Below are positions 18,091-27,280 of a DNA stretch of 64,000 nucleotides, in pieces. A program made the translations under genes and the position numbers. The stretch spans positions 1,696,001 through 1,760,000 of the forward strand of contig OY970359.1 of the NCBI GenBank assembly GCA_963718665.1. The letters run 5' to 3'. How positions within the stretch are numbered: position 1 is the stretch's first letter; each line of letters begins with the position of its first letter. The DNA is from an uncultured Phycisphaerales bacterium (GTDB lineage Bacteria > Planctomycetota > Phycisphaerae > Sedimentisphaerales > Anaerobacaceae). The notes beneath the pieces were generated by a model. The model did no database searches. It was not told the origin of the DNA and was given only the letters and a program-made list of their open reading frames with translations.

Positions 18091-19133
18091 TGCTTTGTAG
18101 AAACCTTTAATTAAAAGTTCTTTATGAAAAGTAAATAGAGAAGCATCAGGTTGTAGGTCAGAACTCTCATGACGCACTCGGTACTGCGAGATTCATTCGT
18201 TCGGCTACGAAGGGCGTAGCCAAGACGACGTTTCATGCGAGACATAACACTCTCAACTTGCCATCGCTGACCAAACTTACGTTTCGGGAAGTTATTCTTC
18301 ATTTGATTTCGGTAATGGCCTGTAAGCTCGCCTTTTTTACCTCGTCGGTTGTTGATAGCGATAATCGTCGAGCGGATGCCGAGATACTGACGACAGAATT
18401 TATGGTTGGCTTCTGCGTCATATCCTGCATCACCCAAAAGCCGGTCTATAGGCAGATTAGTTACCGCCTGGGAAACTGCCGGCATAAGGTAGGAACAATC
18501 ATTGCTGGGACCAGTGCTGACCAAGCCGGCAGCAATCAGATGGCTGGCATTGTGGCAGACAACCGTAAGTTTTGTCCATCGGCGATATTGCTGGGTATGT
18601 TTGCCTTGACGCATTAGAAAATGTCGGCTGACAAACCGGCTTTCCAGCCCCGTCGAATCAATGGATGCCTCGGGGCGTTCCTCGATTAAGCCATCGCGGC
18701 TGGCAATACTGAAAATGGCGGCTAACAGCTTGTCCCAAGCCCTTTTTTTAGCAGACGTTGCTGTGCTTTTTGAAGGGTAGTGTAGTGAGGAATTTTTGAC
18801 AACCCAATCGCAGCTCTCAAGTCCGTGAAGTCCGCCAGCAACTGTACAATCCCACGATAGTCGGTTTGAAAAAACTGTCGCAGAGTCAAAATGGCGAACA
18901 ACTGTGCCTGTGTAAAATCGTGGCGTGAGCGATTGGCTGAATATGGCGAGAGTGCCGTTGTGGCTGTCTGAAGTGCCTGCTTTGCCAGCATAACAGGTGA
19001 TTTGGTCATAACTCCGTGTTTGGCCATCGTGGAATCCTTTCCAACGCGGTTTATGGCTGAAACCTAAGTTATTGTTATTATTAACACTTATCGCCATGAC
19101 TAAACCTTATGCTTCAATCTTTTCTACAGAGCA
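18091..19133 (-). mobile_element. Complete insertion sequence, IS5-like, 1043 bp
   Basis: Terminal inverted repeats TGCTTTGTAGAAA / TGCTCTGTAGAAA; 9-bp target duplication ATATCAATC at 18082-18090 and 19134-19142. Confidence 0.92.
18111..19027 (-). CDS. DDE transposase in two overlapping frames joined by a -1 frameshift
   Basis: orfA 19027-18722 (DYRG..PHYTTL); orfB with IDSTG, GDAGYD, RWQVESVMSRMKR; A7GG slippery run at about 18741-18749. Confidence 0.85.
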
Positions 19134-19447
19134 ATATCAATCCTTAAAAACGACTAATAACTTTTATCCCTGACCACTGGCTACCCTCATCAAACTCAAA
19201 CACGCTGTTCAATTCAGTCCAGACAGGCAGAACACGGTATCAGCGTACAGCGTATAGTAAAGCCAGCGTTAAGGGTACATCAAAAAGCGACGTAACCCCA
19301 TTATTATTAAGCAGTTATCAATAAATGCCCCTCATTTACTAAGCCCTTTTTTGTGCTTTTTTTGTGCATTTTCGCGGCTTAAAAACCGCTCTTTTTTCGT
19401 GGTCATTTTTGCTGTAACACCCGCCTTTACAAGGCGTTAAATTCTGG

Positions 19448-19499
19448 ATACGAACAGTCGTATAAAACACTTGTATCAAACAGTTGTATGATACAGTTG
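19448..19499 (+). repeat. Four tandem 13-bp repeats
   Basis: ATACGAACAGTCG / TATAAAACACTTG / TATCAAACAGTTG / TATGATACAGTTG. Confidence 0.65.
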
Positions 19500-19778
19500 T
19501 TATCCATTTTCGCGCAGGTCGAAAACCCTTAGATTCAAAAATCTTAATTTTTTTTTACTCCTTGCGCAATAAGGACTTATCGATTTTGACCCCATCAGGA
19601 AATCCCTTAGTTTTCGTCAAAAGCGCGCAAGTTGCGCCATAGGATAGAGGGACCTTGGGGGTCTCTCCATAGTCGTTAGTGGTTAGTCGTTAGTGTATAG
19701 AGACATGGGTCCCCTGTTGCGGAACCAATGGAGCGGGTTCCCGGGGATCTGCGCTGCGCTCCGAGGAGGAAATTAGGA

Positions 19779-20375
19779 ATGAAAGTTAACTTAACAATTG
19801 GGATACCGGTTTGGTTGGACAGGATTTTCGCGTGGCCGGTGATGGAGTATCGAAAACACAAATATGGTTATTCCTTTCGCAGGATATATTTGGGCGAAGG
19901 AGAATGGACAATTTTAGACCAGGAGGATTATTACCGGCTTGGCAATTTGAAATGGGGCATTGAGGGGAAAAGAGGCAAATTCTATGCCGTCAGAAACGTC
20001 AAGAACGGAGATAAGAAGGTAAAGACGGTGCGTTTGCACAGGGAAATTATGGATGCGCCTAAGGGGCTTTTGGTTGACCATAGGAACGGCAACTCGTTGG
20101 ACAATCGCAGAGCCAATTTGCGTTTAGCAACGCATACACAAAATATGCATAACAGGAAAAAAATCAAAACAAAAACATCATCGCAGTATATCGGCGCTTC
20201 ACTTGACAAGCGAAGCGGAAGATGGGCCTCCAAAATTCGTTGTCACGGGAAGAAAGTACATTTAGGTTGTTTCGGCAGCGATATTGAGGCGGCGAAGGCA
20301 TACGACGCGGCGGCGAAGAAATATCACGGGGAATTTGCAAGGTTGAACTTCGCAGAGCCAGTGGTTCGTATTTAG
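19779..20375 (+). CDS. HNH endonuclease with C-terminal AP2 DNA-binding domain
   Basis: LHREIM..VDHRNGNSLDNRRANLR; SSQYIG..HLGCF..EAAKAYDAAAKKYHGEFARLNF; GAGGAGG RBS. Confidence 0.9.
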   Translation: MKVNLTIGIPVWLDRIFAWPVMEYRKHKYGYSFRRIYLGEGEWTILDQEDYYRLGNLKWGIEGKRGKFYAVRNVKNGDKKVKTVRLHREIMDAPKGLLVDHRNGNSLDNRRANLRLATHTQNMHNRKKIKTKTSSQYIGASLDKRSGRWASKIRCHGKKVHLGCFGSDIEAAKAYDAAAKKYHGEFARLNFAEPVVRI

Positions 20376-20404
20376 TCGTTAGTATATCGTAATTCGGAAG
20401 GTTT

Positions 20405-21328
20405 TTAAGCGAATAATGCTTCGACGAAGGTGTCGGGGTCGAATTCGGCGATGTCTTCGGGTTTTTCGCCGAGGCCGATGAATTTGACGGGGATATTTAG
20501 CTGGTCTTTAATGGCGATGACGATTCCGCCTCGTGCTGTGCCATCTAATTTTGCAAGGAAAATTCCGGAAATGTTAATTGCCTCGGTGAAGATTTTGGCT
20601 TGCGCGATGGCGTTTTGGCCTGTTGTGGCGTCGAGGACAAGCAGAACCTCGGTCGGCGCCCCTTCGATTTTGCGGGCGACGACGTCGCGGATTTTGACGA
20701 GTTGTTTCATCAAGTCCTTTTGCGTATGCAGTCGTCCAGCGGTATCGAGGATGAGGAAATCGACACCTCTTGCGGTGGCGGCTTCGCAGGCATCATAGGC
20801 GACAGCAGCGGGGTCGGAGCCCATCTGGTGCTTGACGATTTGAACGCCGATACGGTCCGCCCAGATTGACAGTTGCTCGACAGCCGCTGCCCTGAAGGTA
20901 TCACAGGCGGCGACGATTACTTTTTTGTTGTCTTTGCTGAGGATGTAGGCGAGTTTGGCGATGCTTGTGGTTTTGCCTGAGCCGTTGACGCCCGCGACGA
21001 GAATCACCGTCGGGCCTTTGGCTGCAAGACGGACTTGTCTATCCTGATGGGGCCAGTAACCTTTCATATGCTCTTTGAGGAAGGGGATGATGTCGTCTGT
21101 GGTCGTGATTTTTTTGCTGCGATAGGCCTCCCGTAAATCAGATATGAGCTTGGCGGTGGTTTCGACGCCGATATCGTCTTTTATGAGTGTTTCTTCGAGG
21201 TCGTTGAGCAGGTCGTCGTCGATGTTTCTGCCTATGGCAAGCACAGCCGACAGCGACGAACTAATTTTGTCGCGTGTTTTGGTCAGCCGTTCCTTGAAGT
21301 AACCAATTGTTTTTGAAAATATGCCCAT
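20405..21328 (-). CDS. ftsY: Signal recognition particle receptor FtsY
   Basis: GVNGSGKTTS, DTFRAAA, DTAGRL, DATTGQN, KLDGTARGG. Confidence 0.97.
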   Translation of the reverse strand: MGIFSKTIGYFKERLTKTRDKISSSLSAVLAIGRNIDDDLLNDLEETLIKDDIGVETTAKLISDLREAYRSKKITTTDDIIPFLKEHMKGYWPHQDRQVRLAAKGPTVILVAGVNGSGKTTSIAKLAYILSKDNKKVIVAACDTFRAAAVEQLSIWADRIGVQIVKHQMGSDPAAVAYDACEAATARGVDFLILDTAGRLHTQKDLMKQLVKIRDVVARKIEGAPTEVLLVLDATTGQNAIAQAKIFTEAINISGIFLAKLDGTARGGIVIAIKDQLNIPVKFIGLGEKPEDIAEFDPDTFVEALFA

Positions 21329-21515
21329 AGTCAAGCAAGTTTCGCAGAATCAGGCCGGAAATTCAAGCGGAATTAGTCGTGGCTGTGGCAGATGAATACC
21401 GGCCAGACAGGCGGATATGATTTATTTTGACAAGATAGATGAATGCGGGTAATCTCGCCGCTGGCAATAGGAACAATATCAGGGTTTGATTTGTTGCAGG
21501 AGTGATGCGACGAAA

Positions 21516-22739
21516 ATGAATCGCAGGGTCTTTATTTATTTGTTGCCTTTGTTTGTGCTGTATTGCGTTGTGTTTTCGTTTGCCGCGAACAATTCGCTCG
21601 AAAACGGCGACGAGAGCAGATACGCGATGTATGCCGGGAACCTGACTAAGGGATTCTACGCGCCTGCTGATACGCGATTTTTGTGGAATGGCCCGGGGTA
21701 TCCGCTTTTGCTTACGCCGTTCGCGTATTTCAAAATTCCGTGGATTTACGCGAAGATGCTGAACCCGGCTTTTCTTTTCATCGCGGTTTGTGCGTTTTAC
21801 GCCGTTATCAGGCGATTTATGCGGGAAAAGCAGGCGATTGTTTTCGCGTATCTTTTCGGGTTGTATCCGCCTTTTTTCGCCCAGTTCTGGTATCTGTTGA
21901 CAGAGCCGGTGGTTATTATGCTGATGACGATTTTTGCCCTGCTTACTTTTAAGTGGCTCGAATCCGGCAAGTACCGTTATATGCTTTTGGCGGGCGCTGT
22001 GTGCGGGTATCTTGCGCTGACGAAGGTGTTTTTCGCTCACGTTGCCGAGGGGATGCTGCTTTTGTCGGTTGTGTTTATGTTTTGGAGCCGGACCGCCAGA
22101 AGAATATGGCCCGTGTATTTGCTGGGGCTTTTGCTTTGCACGCCGTATCTGTTCTATACTTATCACCTGTCGGGCAAAACTTTCTACTGGGCCAACTCCT
22201 CAGGCGAGATTGCCTATTGGATGACTTCCACCGACCCCAATGATTTCGGAAGCTGGTTTTCGGAAGAGGACGTGGCGACCCGGCCAGAGCTTGCTTCGCA
22301 CAGGCCTTTTTTCGAAAAGCTAAAGGGGCTGGATTTCGTTGAGAAAGACCAGCTTTTGAAAGAGCAGGCCATCGAGAATATCAGGCAAAATCCGCGCAAG
22401 ATGCTTTTTAACTGCGCGTCCAATATCGGCCGTCTGTTTCTCGATTATCCATTCTCGTATAAGTATCAGCGCCCGCAGACGCTGCTGTATATGGTGCCGA
22501 ACAGTTTGGTCCTGGCTGCGATGTGTTTTTGCGTTTATCCGCTGATAAGATTCCGCAAACATTTGCCCGGGGCAATTGTGCACGCCTGCGCGATTTCGCT
22601 TGTTTTCATAGGCGGGGCGTCGCCGATTTACGCCGAGGCGAGATTTCTTTGCACGATAATTGCGTTCATTTTTATTATAATCACTTACGTCGCGACCAAC
22701 CTGGTAAAAATTCAAGCTCCCGAAAACCAGCGTCAATAA
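21516..22739 (+). CDS. GT-C fold membrane glycosyltransferase (ArnT/PMT-like)
   Basis: GDESRY, GPGYPLLL, LLTEP; many TM segments. Confidence 0.75.
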   Translation: MNRRVFIYLLPLFVLYCVVFSFAANNSLENGDESRYAMYAGNLTKGFYAPADTRFLWNGPGYPLLLTPFAYFKIPWIYAKMLNPAFLFIAVCAFYAVIRRFMREKQAIVFAYLFGLYPPFFAQFWYLLTEPVVIMLMTIFALLTFKWLESGKYRYMLLAGAVCGYLALTKVFFAHVAEGMLLLSVVFMFWSRTARRIWPVYLLGLLLCTPYLFYTYHLSGKTFYWANSSGEIAYWMTSTDPNDFGSWFSEEDVATRPELASHRPFFEKLKGLDFVEKDQLLKEQAIENIRQNPRKMLFNCASNIGRLFLDYPFSYKYQRPQTLLYMVPNSLVLAAMCFCVYPLIRFRKHLPGAIVHACAISLVFIGGASPIYAEARFLCTIIAFIFIIITYVATNLVKIQAPENQRQ

Positions 22740-22870
22740 TGCGTCAGCTATTTGTTGCAGCAAGGCACAAGAACAGGGGATTATCGACGCAGGGCTGCGT
22801 GTCAGGCGATTTTGGGGAACATCGGCTGTGCCGGGGGATAATAAGCCCATAAAAAACACTTTGCCGGGTG

Positions 22871-24223
22871 TTATTTTACCTCGACTATCGAATTGTAGCC
22901 GCCAAACGGGTTCAGCTCGCTCGTCTCGTTATACGGGTCCTGCTGCCACTGACCATCCACGACTAATCGATAGCGGTATCTTCCCGGGGGCAGTTTCGCG
23001 GACGCCTGCCAGACGCCGCTTTCGCCGACTTTTTCCATCGGCAATTTTGAGGGCTGCCAGCCGTTGAAGTCGCCGGCAATCTGCACCGACTGTGCCCGCG
23101 GATACAGGGTTACAAACGCCACCGCGTCGTTGGCCTGACTGACGCCGTAATATTCCGCAAGCTTCGCATCCGTCGCAGCAGCGGCCTTTGGCTGCTGGGG
23201 CTGCACGGCAACCACCGGCTTTGCCTCGACCCTGGCGACGGCGACTGCCTTTGATTCGACCGGTTTCGATTCTGTTCGCACGGCAACCGGTTCCATTTGC
23301 TGGGGCCGTTGTTTCGGCGGCTCTATCGCTTTAATCCTGCCTGCATCCGGCGAGGTAACCTTCGGTTTTGCCCTGGCAAGCAGCTCGTCGGCTGATGCGC
23401 TTATCGATTCGAGTTTCTCAGACAGCGATTCGATAATCTGCCTGCGCTGCTGTTCGGGCTGGCCCTGCAGCATTTCCTTTACCAGGTTCTGGAAATCGTT
23501 GTGGCCCTTGCTGGCCGGGTCGTATTCGCCGATTGGCTGGCCGAATGAGGCGGCTTCTTTGAGCTTGGTATTGAAATTCACCACCGTTTTGAACATCTTG
23601 TCGCCAAAATGTTTGCGAAGCTCGCCGAGAATCTCGCGGGCCATTTTCGTGCGAATATCATACATGCTCGCAAGCACTTTTACGTTGACGCTTTGGTTGC
23701 ACCTCTGGCAGAGAATCGCCAGCGTTTCAAGCTGTTTGCTGAGGCCGTGAAGGGAGAAATATCCCGTCTCGACCGGCACGATAACATCGGTTGCCGCTCG
23801 AAGGGCATTAAACGTCAGCAATCCAACGGCGGGCGGGCAATCTATGACGACGAATTCATAGTCGTTCTTGATGCTGTCAAGCACCTTCTTGAGACACAGC
23901 TCGCCGTCGGGCATACCTGCCATTTGCTGCTCGAAGGCCGACAGGTCGATGCTCGCCGGCGCCAGTTCGAGTTTCTCGCTTACTTCCCAGAGAATCTCGC
24001 CCAGCCGCATAGGTTCTTCCTTGCTGTGGCTTATCATTACGTCGTAAATGCTCTGCTCAATTTGCTCCTCGGGCACCGCGAGGCCGACCGCGCAATGCGA
24101 TTGTGAATCCATATCGACCAGCAGCGTCTTGTGCTCCATCTCCGCCAGTGCGCTTGCCAGGTTAATCGATACGGTTGTTTTGCCCACGCCGCCCTTTTGG
24201 TTGACAACAGCTATTGTCCTCAT
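22871..24223 (-). CDS. ParA/Soj-family ATPase fused to a C-terminal CBM48/AMPK-beta glycogen-binding domain
   Basis: NQKGGVGKTT, IDCPP; C-terminus VQIAGDFNGW..LPPGRYRYRLVVDGQWQQDP..NPFGGYNS. Confidence 0.9.
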   Translation of the reverse strand: MRTIAVVNQKGGVGKTTVSINLASALAEMEHKTLLVDMDSQSHCAVGLAVPEEQIEQSIYDVMISHSKEEPMRLGEILWEVSEKLELAPASIDLSAFEQQMAGMPDGELCLKKVLDSIKNDYEFVVIDCPPAVGLLTFNALRAATDVIVPVETGYFSLHGLSKQLETLAILCQRCNQSVNVKVLASMYDIRTKMAREILGELRKHFGDKMFKTVVNFNTKLKEAASFGQPIGEYDPASKGHNDFQNLVKEMLQGQPEQQRRQIIESLSEKLESISASADELLARAKPKVTSPDAGRIKAIEPPKQRPQQMEPVAVRTESKPVESKAVAVARVEAKPVVAVQPQQPKAAAATDAKLAEYYGVSQANDAVAFVTLYPRAQSVQIAGDFNGWQPSKLPMEKVGESGVWQASAKLPPGRYRYRLVVDGQWQQDPYNETSELNPFGGYNSIVEVK

Positions 24224-24544
24224 AGAAACCTCAAACCTTAAAGCAAATTATTAGCAAAGCCGGTTTAACTCCTCCGGCCAAATTCTCACTTATCAGTATC
24301 GCAAGGTGGCCCATCCTTAGCTTAAATAGCTGCGGAGGGCAGGCAATTCGCCCTCTGGTTTTTCGGCAAAAGACAGGGCAAAACTTTATATTTTTATGGG
24401 ACGAGCCGATAAAAATCCCCACTATCAGTATTACAAGCCCAAACTTATATGTCCTTAGGGAACAATTTCGGGATATCAGGCATAGCAATGCTGATATTGC
24501 TATTTGGGCTGATTTATCCGGCTTGCGTACAAAGGTAAGACAAT

Positions 24545-25609
24545 TTATTTGAAGTTGGCAGGGTCTTCGAGTGTTTTTTTGACGAAATCGAGGAATTGAG
24601 CAGCGTAGCCGCCGTTGGCGACCTTGTGGTCAACCGACAGAGTCATATTCATCATCTTGCGAACCCCGAGCGTATCTGGGGTGTCTCCGGCGGGCACGCA
24701 GACATCGGCGATTTTGCCTATTCCAAGTATCGAGCACTGACCGGGCACGACAATGGGGATGAACGAATCGACGCCGAATGCGCCGAGATTACTGACTGTT
24801 ATGCAGCCGCCTTCGAGGTCTTCGAGAGTAAGCTGGTTATTTTTTGTTCTTTCTACAAGCTGCCTGCTGTAACGGGCGATTTCAGGAATCGTTTTTTTAT
24901 CAGGGTCTTTGATTATCGGGGCGATTAGTCCTTCAGGCGTCGAAATCGCAAGCCCCACGCCGATTGATTTTGCAATCTTAATGTCGTCGCCATCGATTTG
25001 GCCCGTCATTATGGGGAATTTTCTTAGCCCTATCGCGATTGCCTTGATAATAAAATCATTGTACGAGACCTCTTCTTTGCCTGCCTGAGTGAGTTTGTCG
25101 CGGTATGCGACGAGGTCGGTGACGTCGGCCCTGGCGTTGAGATAGAAGCAGGGTATTTCCTGTTTTGAGCGCAGCATTTTTTGAGCGGTAACTTTCTGCA
25201 ATCGGCTGACCGGGAACGTCTGGCCGAGTTTGATTTCCGCGGGCAAAATCGGTATCGGCATAGGCAAGTCGTTTATTTTTTTCCTTTTAGCGGGCTTGGG
25301 CTTTGCGGTTGTTGGTGTCGCGGGGGTTGACGCCTTGAGCGTTCGCAAGAACTCATCGCTTATTCGCTCATCCTTGTCGCCCAGAATCAGCAGGGGGGTT
25401 TCAATGCGGTAACTGCCGCCCACCTCAGCGATTATCTGTTTTACAAAACCATCCGCGGGCGATTCAATTTCGAGGGTCGCCTTGTCGGTTTCGACGTCGA
25501 AAAGGACGTCGCCGCTTTTTACGTGGTCGCCGATGCTGACTTTACAGTCAACAATCGTGCCTTCTTCCATTGTGTCGCCGAATTTCGGCAATCTGACTTC
25601 TTTAGCCAT
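24545..25609 (-). CDS. 2-oxoacid dehydrogenase E2 (dihydrolipoamide acyltransferase), atypical
   Basis: Lipoyl motif VETDKA; TVSNLG; catalytic-site DHKVANG. Confidence 0.85.
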   Translation of the reverse strand: MAKEVRLPKFGDTMEEGTIVDCKVSIGDHVKSGDVLFDVETDKATLEIESPADGFVKQIIAEVGGSYRIETPLLILGDKDERISDEFLRTLKASTPATPTTAKPKPAKRKKINDLPMPIPILPAEIKLGQTFPVSRLQKVTAQKMLRSKQEIPCFYLNARADVTDLVAYRDKLTQAGKEEVSYNDFIIKAIAIGLRKFPIMTGQIDGDDIKIAKSIGVGLAISTPEGLIAPIIKDPDKKTIPEIARYSRQLVERTKNNQLTLEDLEGGCITVSNLGAFGVDSFIPIVVPGQCSILGIGKIADVCVPAGDTPDTLGVRKMMNMTLSVDHKVANGGYAAQFLDFVKKTLEDPANFK

Positions 25610-25793
25610 TGTAACTCCGTCGCTCGTGCCTCGTGACCCGTGACTCGCTCAGGGTCAGCATGACAAGTAGGAACATTTTTACAAAGTTCCCTGATTACTG
25701 AAACAACAGGGATTCTACGATATCGGCAATATACAATCAACTTCTCTCTGGAAAACGCCATTGCAAAAGGTATAATGTTAATCCGCTGATATT

Positions 25794-25865
25794 GCGGGCG
25801 TAATTCAGTGGTAGAATGTCGGCTTCCCAAGCCGAATGCCGTGGGTTCGAATCCCATCGCCCGCT
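25794..25865 (+). tRNA. tRNA-Gly (CCC)
   Basis: Acceptor GCGGGCG/CGCCCGC, anticodon arm TCGGC-TT-CCC-AA-GCCGA, GGTTCGAATCC; no encoded CCA; TATAAT at 25771. Confidence 0.97.
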
Positions 25866-25933
25866 GTGGTGATTATGTCGCTAATTTACTCAATTATTTT
25901 ATTAACTACTGCACTGTAAGGAGACAATATAAA

Positions 25934-26974
25934 ATGTTTCGTCCCTCTACATCGCTTGCTGTAGCTCTACTGGCAATTGTCTGGCCAACCTCCTCGCTGC
26001 TTGCCTCTACAGATGTAAATCTTAACGACCCGTTTGAGGTCAACAAGCTGATTGGCCGGGGCGTTAATATAGGCAACGCGCTGGACAGGGAAGTGGAATT
26101 AGACGACGAATGGAGCTTCATCGTCAAGGATGAACACTTCCAGCTCATAAAAGACGCCGGCTTCAATTCGGTTCGGCTTACGATTCGCTGGTCCACCCGT
26201 GCGATGGATAAGCCGCCATATACAATCGACCCGAATTTTTTCAAACGAGTTGACCAGGCCGTCAACAGCGCCCTGTCGCGGAACCTGGCATTGGTAATAA
26301 ACGTTCAAAACTACTTCGAATTTTACCGCGACCCCAACGGCCTCAAACCAAAATTCCTCGCTATTTGGGAACAAATCGCAGAACACTACAAAGGTTATCC
26401 CAACACCCTTATCTTCGAGCTTCTTAATGAGCCGCAGGAAAAAATAGGACTCGGCTATTGGAATGCGCTGTTAAAGGAGACGCTGGCGATTGTTCGCAAG
26501 ACCAATCCCAACAGAATGGTTGTAATCGGCCCGGCCAGTTTCAACGCGTTTCCTGACCTAAGGTATCTTGAGCTGCCTGAAAGCGACAGGAATATTATCG
26601 TAACCTTCCATTATTTCCTGCCTTATCATTTTACCCATCAGGGCACAAGCTGGGCGAAGGACTCCAATAACTGGCTCGGGACAAAATGGACGGGCAGCGA
26701 AGCGGAAAAACGGGTTATAAAAAAGGACTTTGACATCGTGGCCGGCTGGGCCAGAGCGCGTAATCGCCCGGTTTATCTTGGCGAGTTCGGCTCTAATGAA
26801 AAGGCGGATATGAATTCCCGCATACTCTGGACTAAATGCGTAGCCGATGAGGCAATAGCGCACGGATTCAGCTTCACATACTGGCAGTTTACCTATAACA
26901 TGGCGGTTTACGACAGAGACAGCAAAACCTGGGTAAAACCGTTGCTCGAAGCGCTTATACCGCCGAAACAATAA
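25934..26974 (+). CDS. Glycoside hydrolase family 5, exported
   Basis: RGVNIGNAL, ELLNEP, FHYF.P..FTHQG, YLGEFG. Confidence 0.92.
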   Translation: MFRPSTSLAVALLAIVWPTSSLLASTDVNLNDPFEVNKLIGRGVNIGNALDREVELDDEWSFIVKDEHFQLIKDAGFNSVRLTIRWSTRAMDKPPYTIDPNFFKRVDQAVNSALSRNLALVINVQNYFEFYRDPNGLKPKFLAIWEQIAEHYKGYPNTLIFELLNEPQEKIGLGYWNALLKETLAIVRKTNPNRMVVIGPASFNAFPDLRYLELPESDRNIIVTFHYFLPYHFTHQGTSWAKDSNNWLGTKWTGSEAEKRVIKKDFDIVAGWARARNRPVYLGEFGSNEKADMNSRILWTKCVADEAIAHGFSFTYWQFTYNMAVYDRDSKTWVKPLLEALIPPKQ

Positions 26975-27280
26975 ACTTCTATTACGGAATAAAAAATCCT
27001 TACCAGGGGGGATACCATGTTCCTTTCCTATGCCACATATTTTAGGTGGCAATTCCAGCGGAGTTGTTATTAAGGGGTAAGAGGCAACACCAGGGCGACA
27101 AATTGCCCAAATTATCTTTTGTGTAATTTTGCAAAAAAACACATAACATTTTGCTTGCTTGTCGTGTCTTACAGTTATAGATGTTGTTGTATTCGTTATC
27201 GGTTTTATGAGGAGAACCTGTTTTCGACGTAAAAACTCACTTTTTAACACACTAACACGCTTAATTAAGGAGGAGCAAAA

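Noticed and set aside
18111..19097. 328-aa ORF as the true transposase
   Set aside because: Its N-terminal third is off-frame; the real N-terminus is orfA 19027-18722
19448..19508. Replication origin (13-mers plus TTATCCATT)
   Set aside because: Only one imperfect DnaA box, with no dnaA or rep gene nearby
8899..20398. Short repeat clusters as a CRISPR array
   Set aside because: No constant repeat with regular unique spacers, and no cas genes
21363..22166. Long antisense ORFs (also 14000-14677, 32338-32910, 55730-56410 and others)
   Set aside because: They are shadows of well-supported genes on the opposite strand with no motifs of their own
25808..25933. N-terminal extensions of the GH5 ORFs (also 55331-55423)
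   Set aside because: They run through tRNA sequence; the real starts follow AAGGAG at 25934 and 55424
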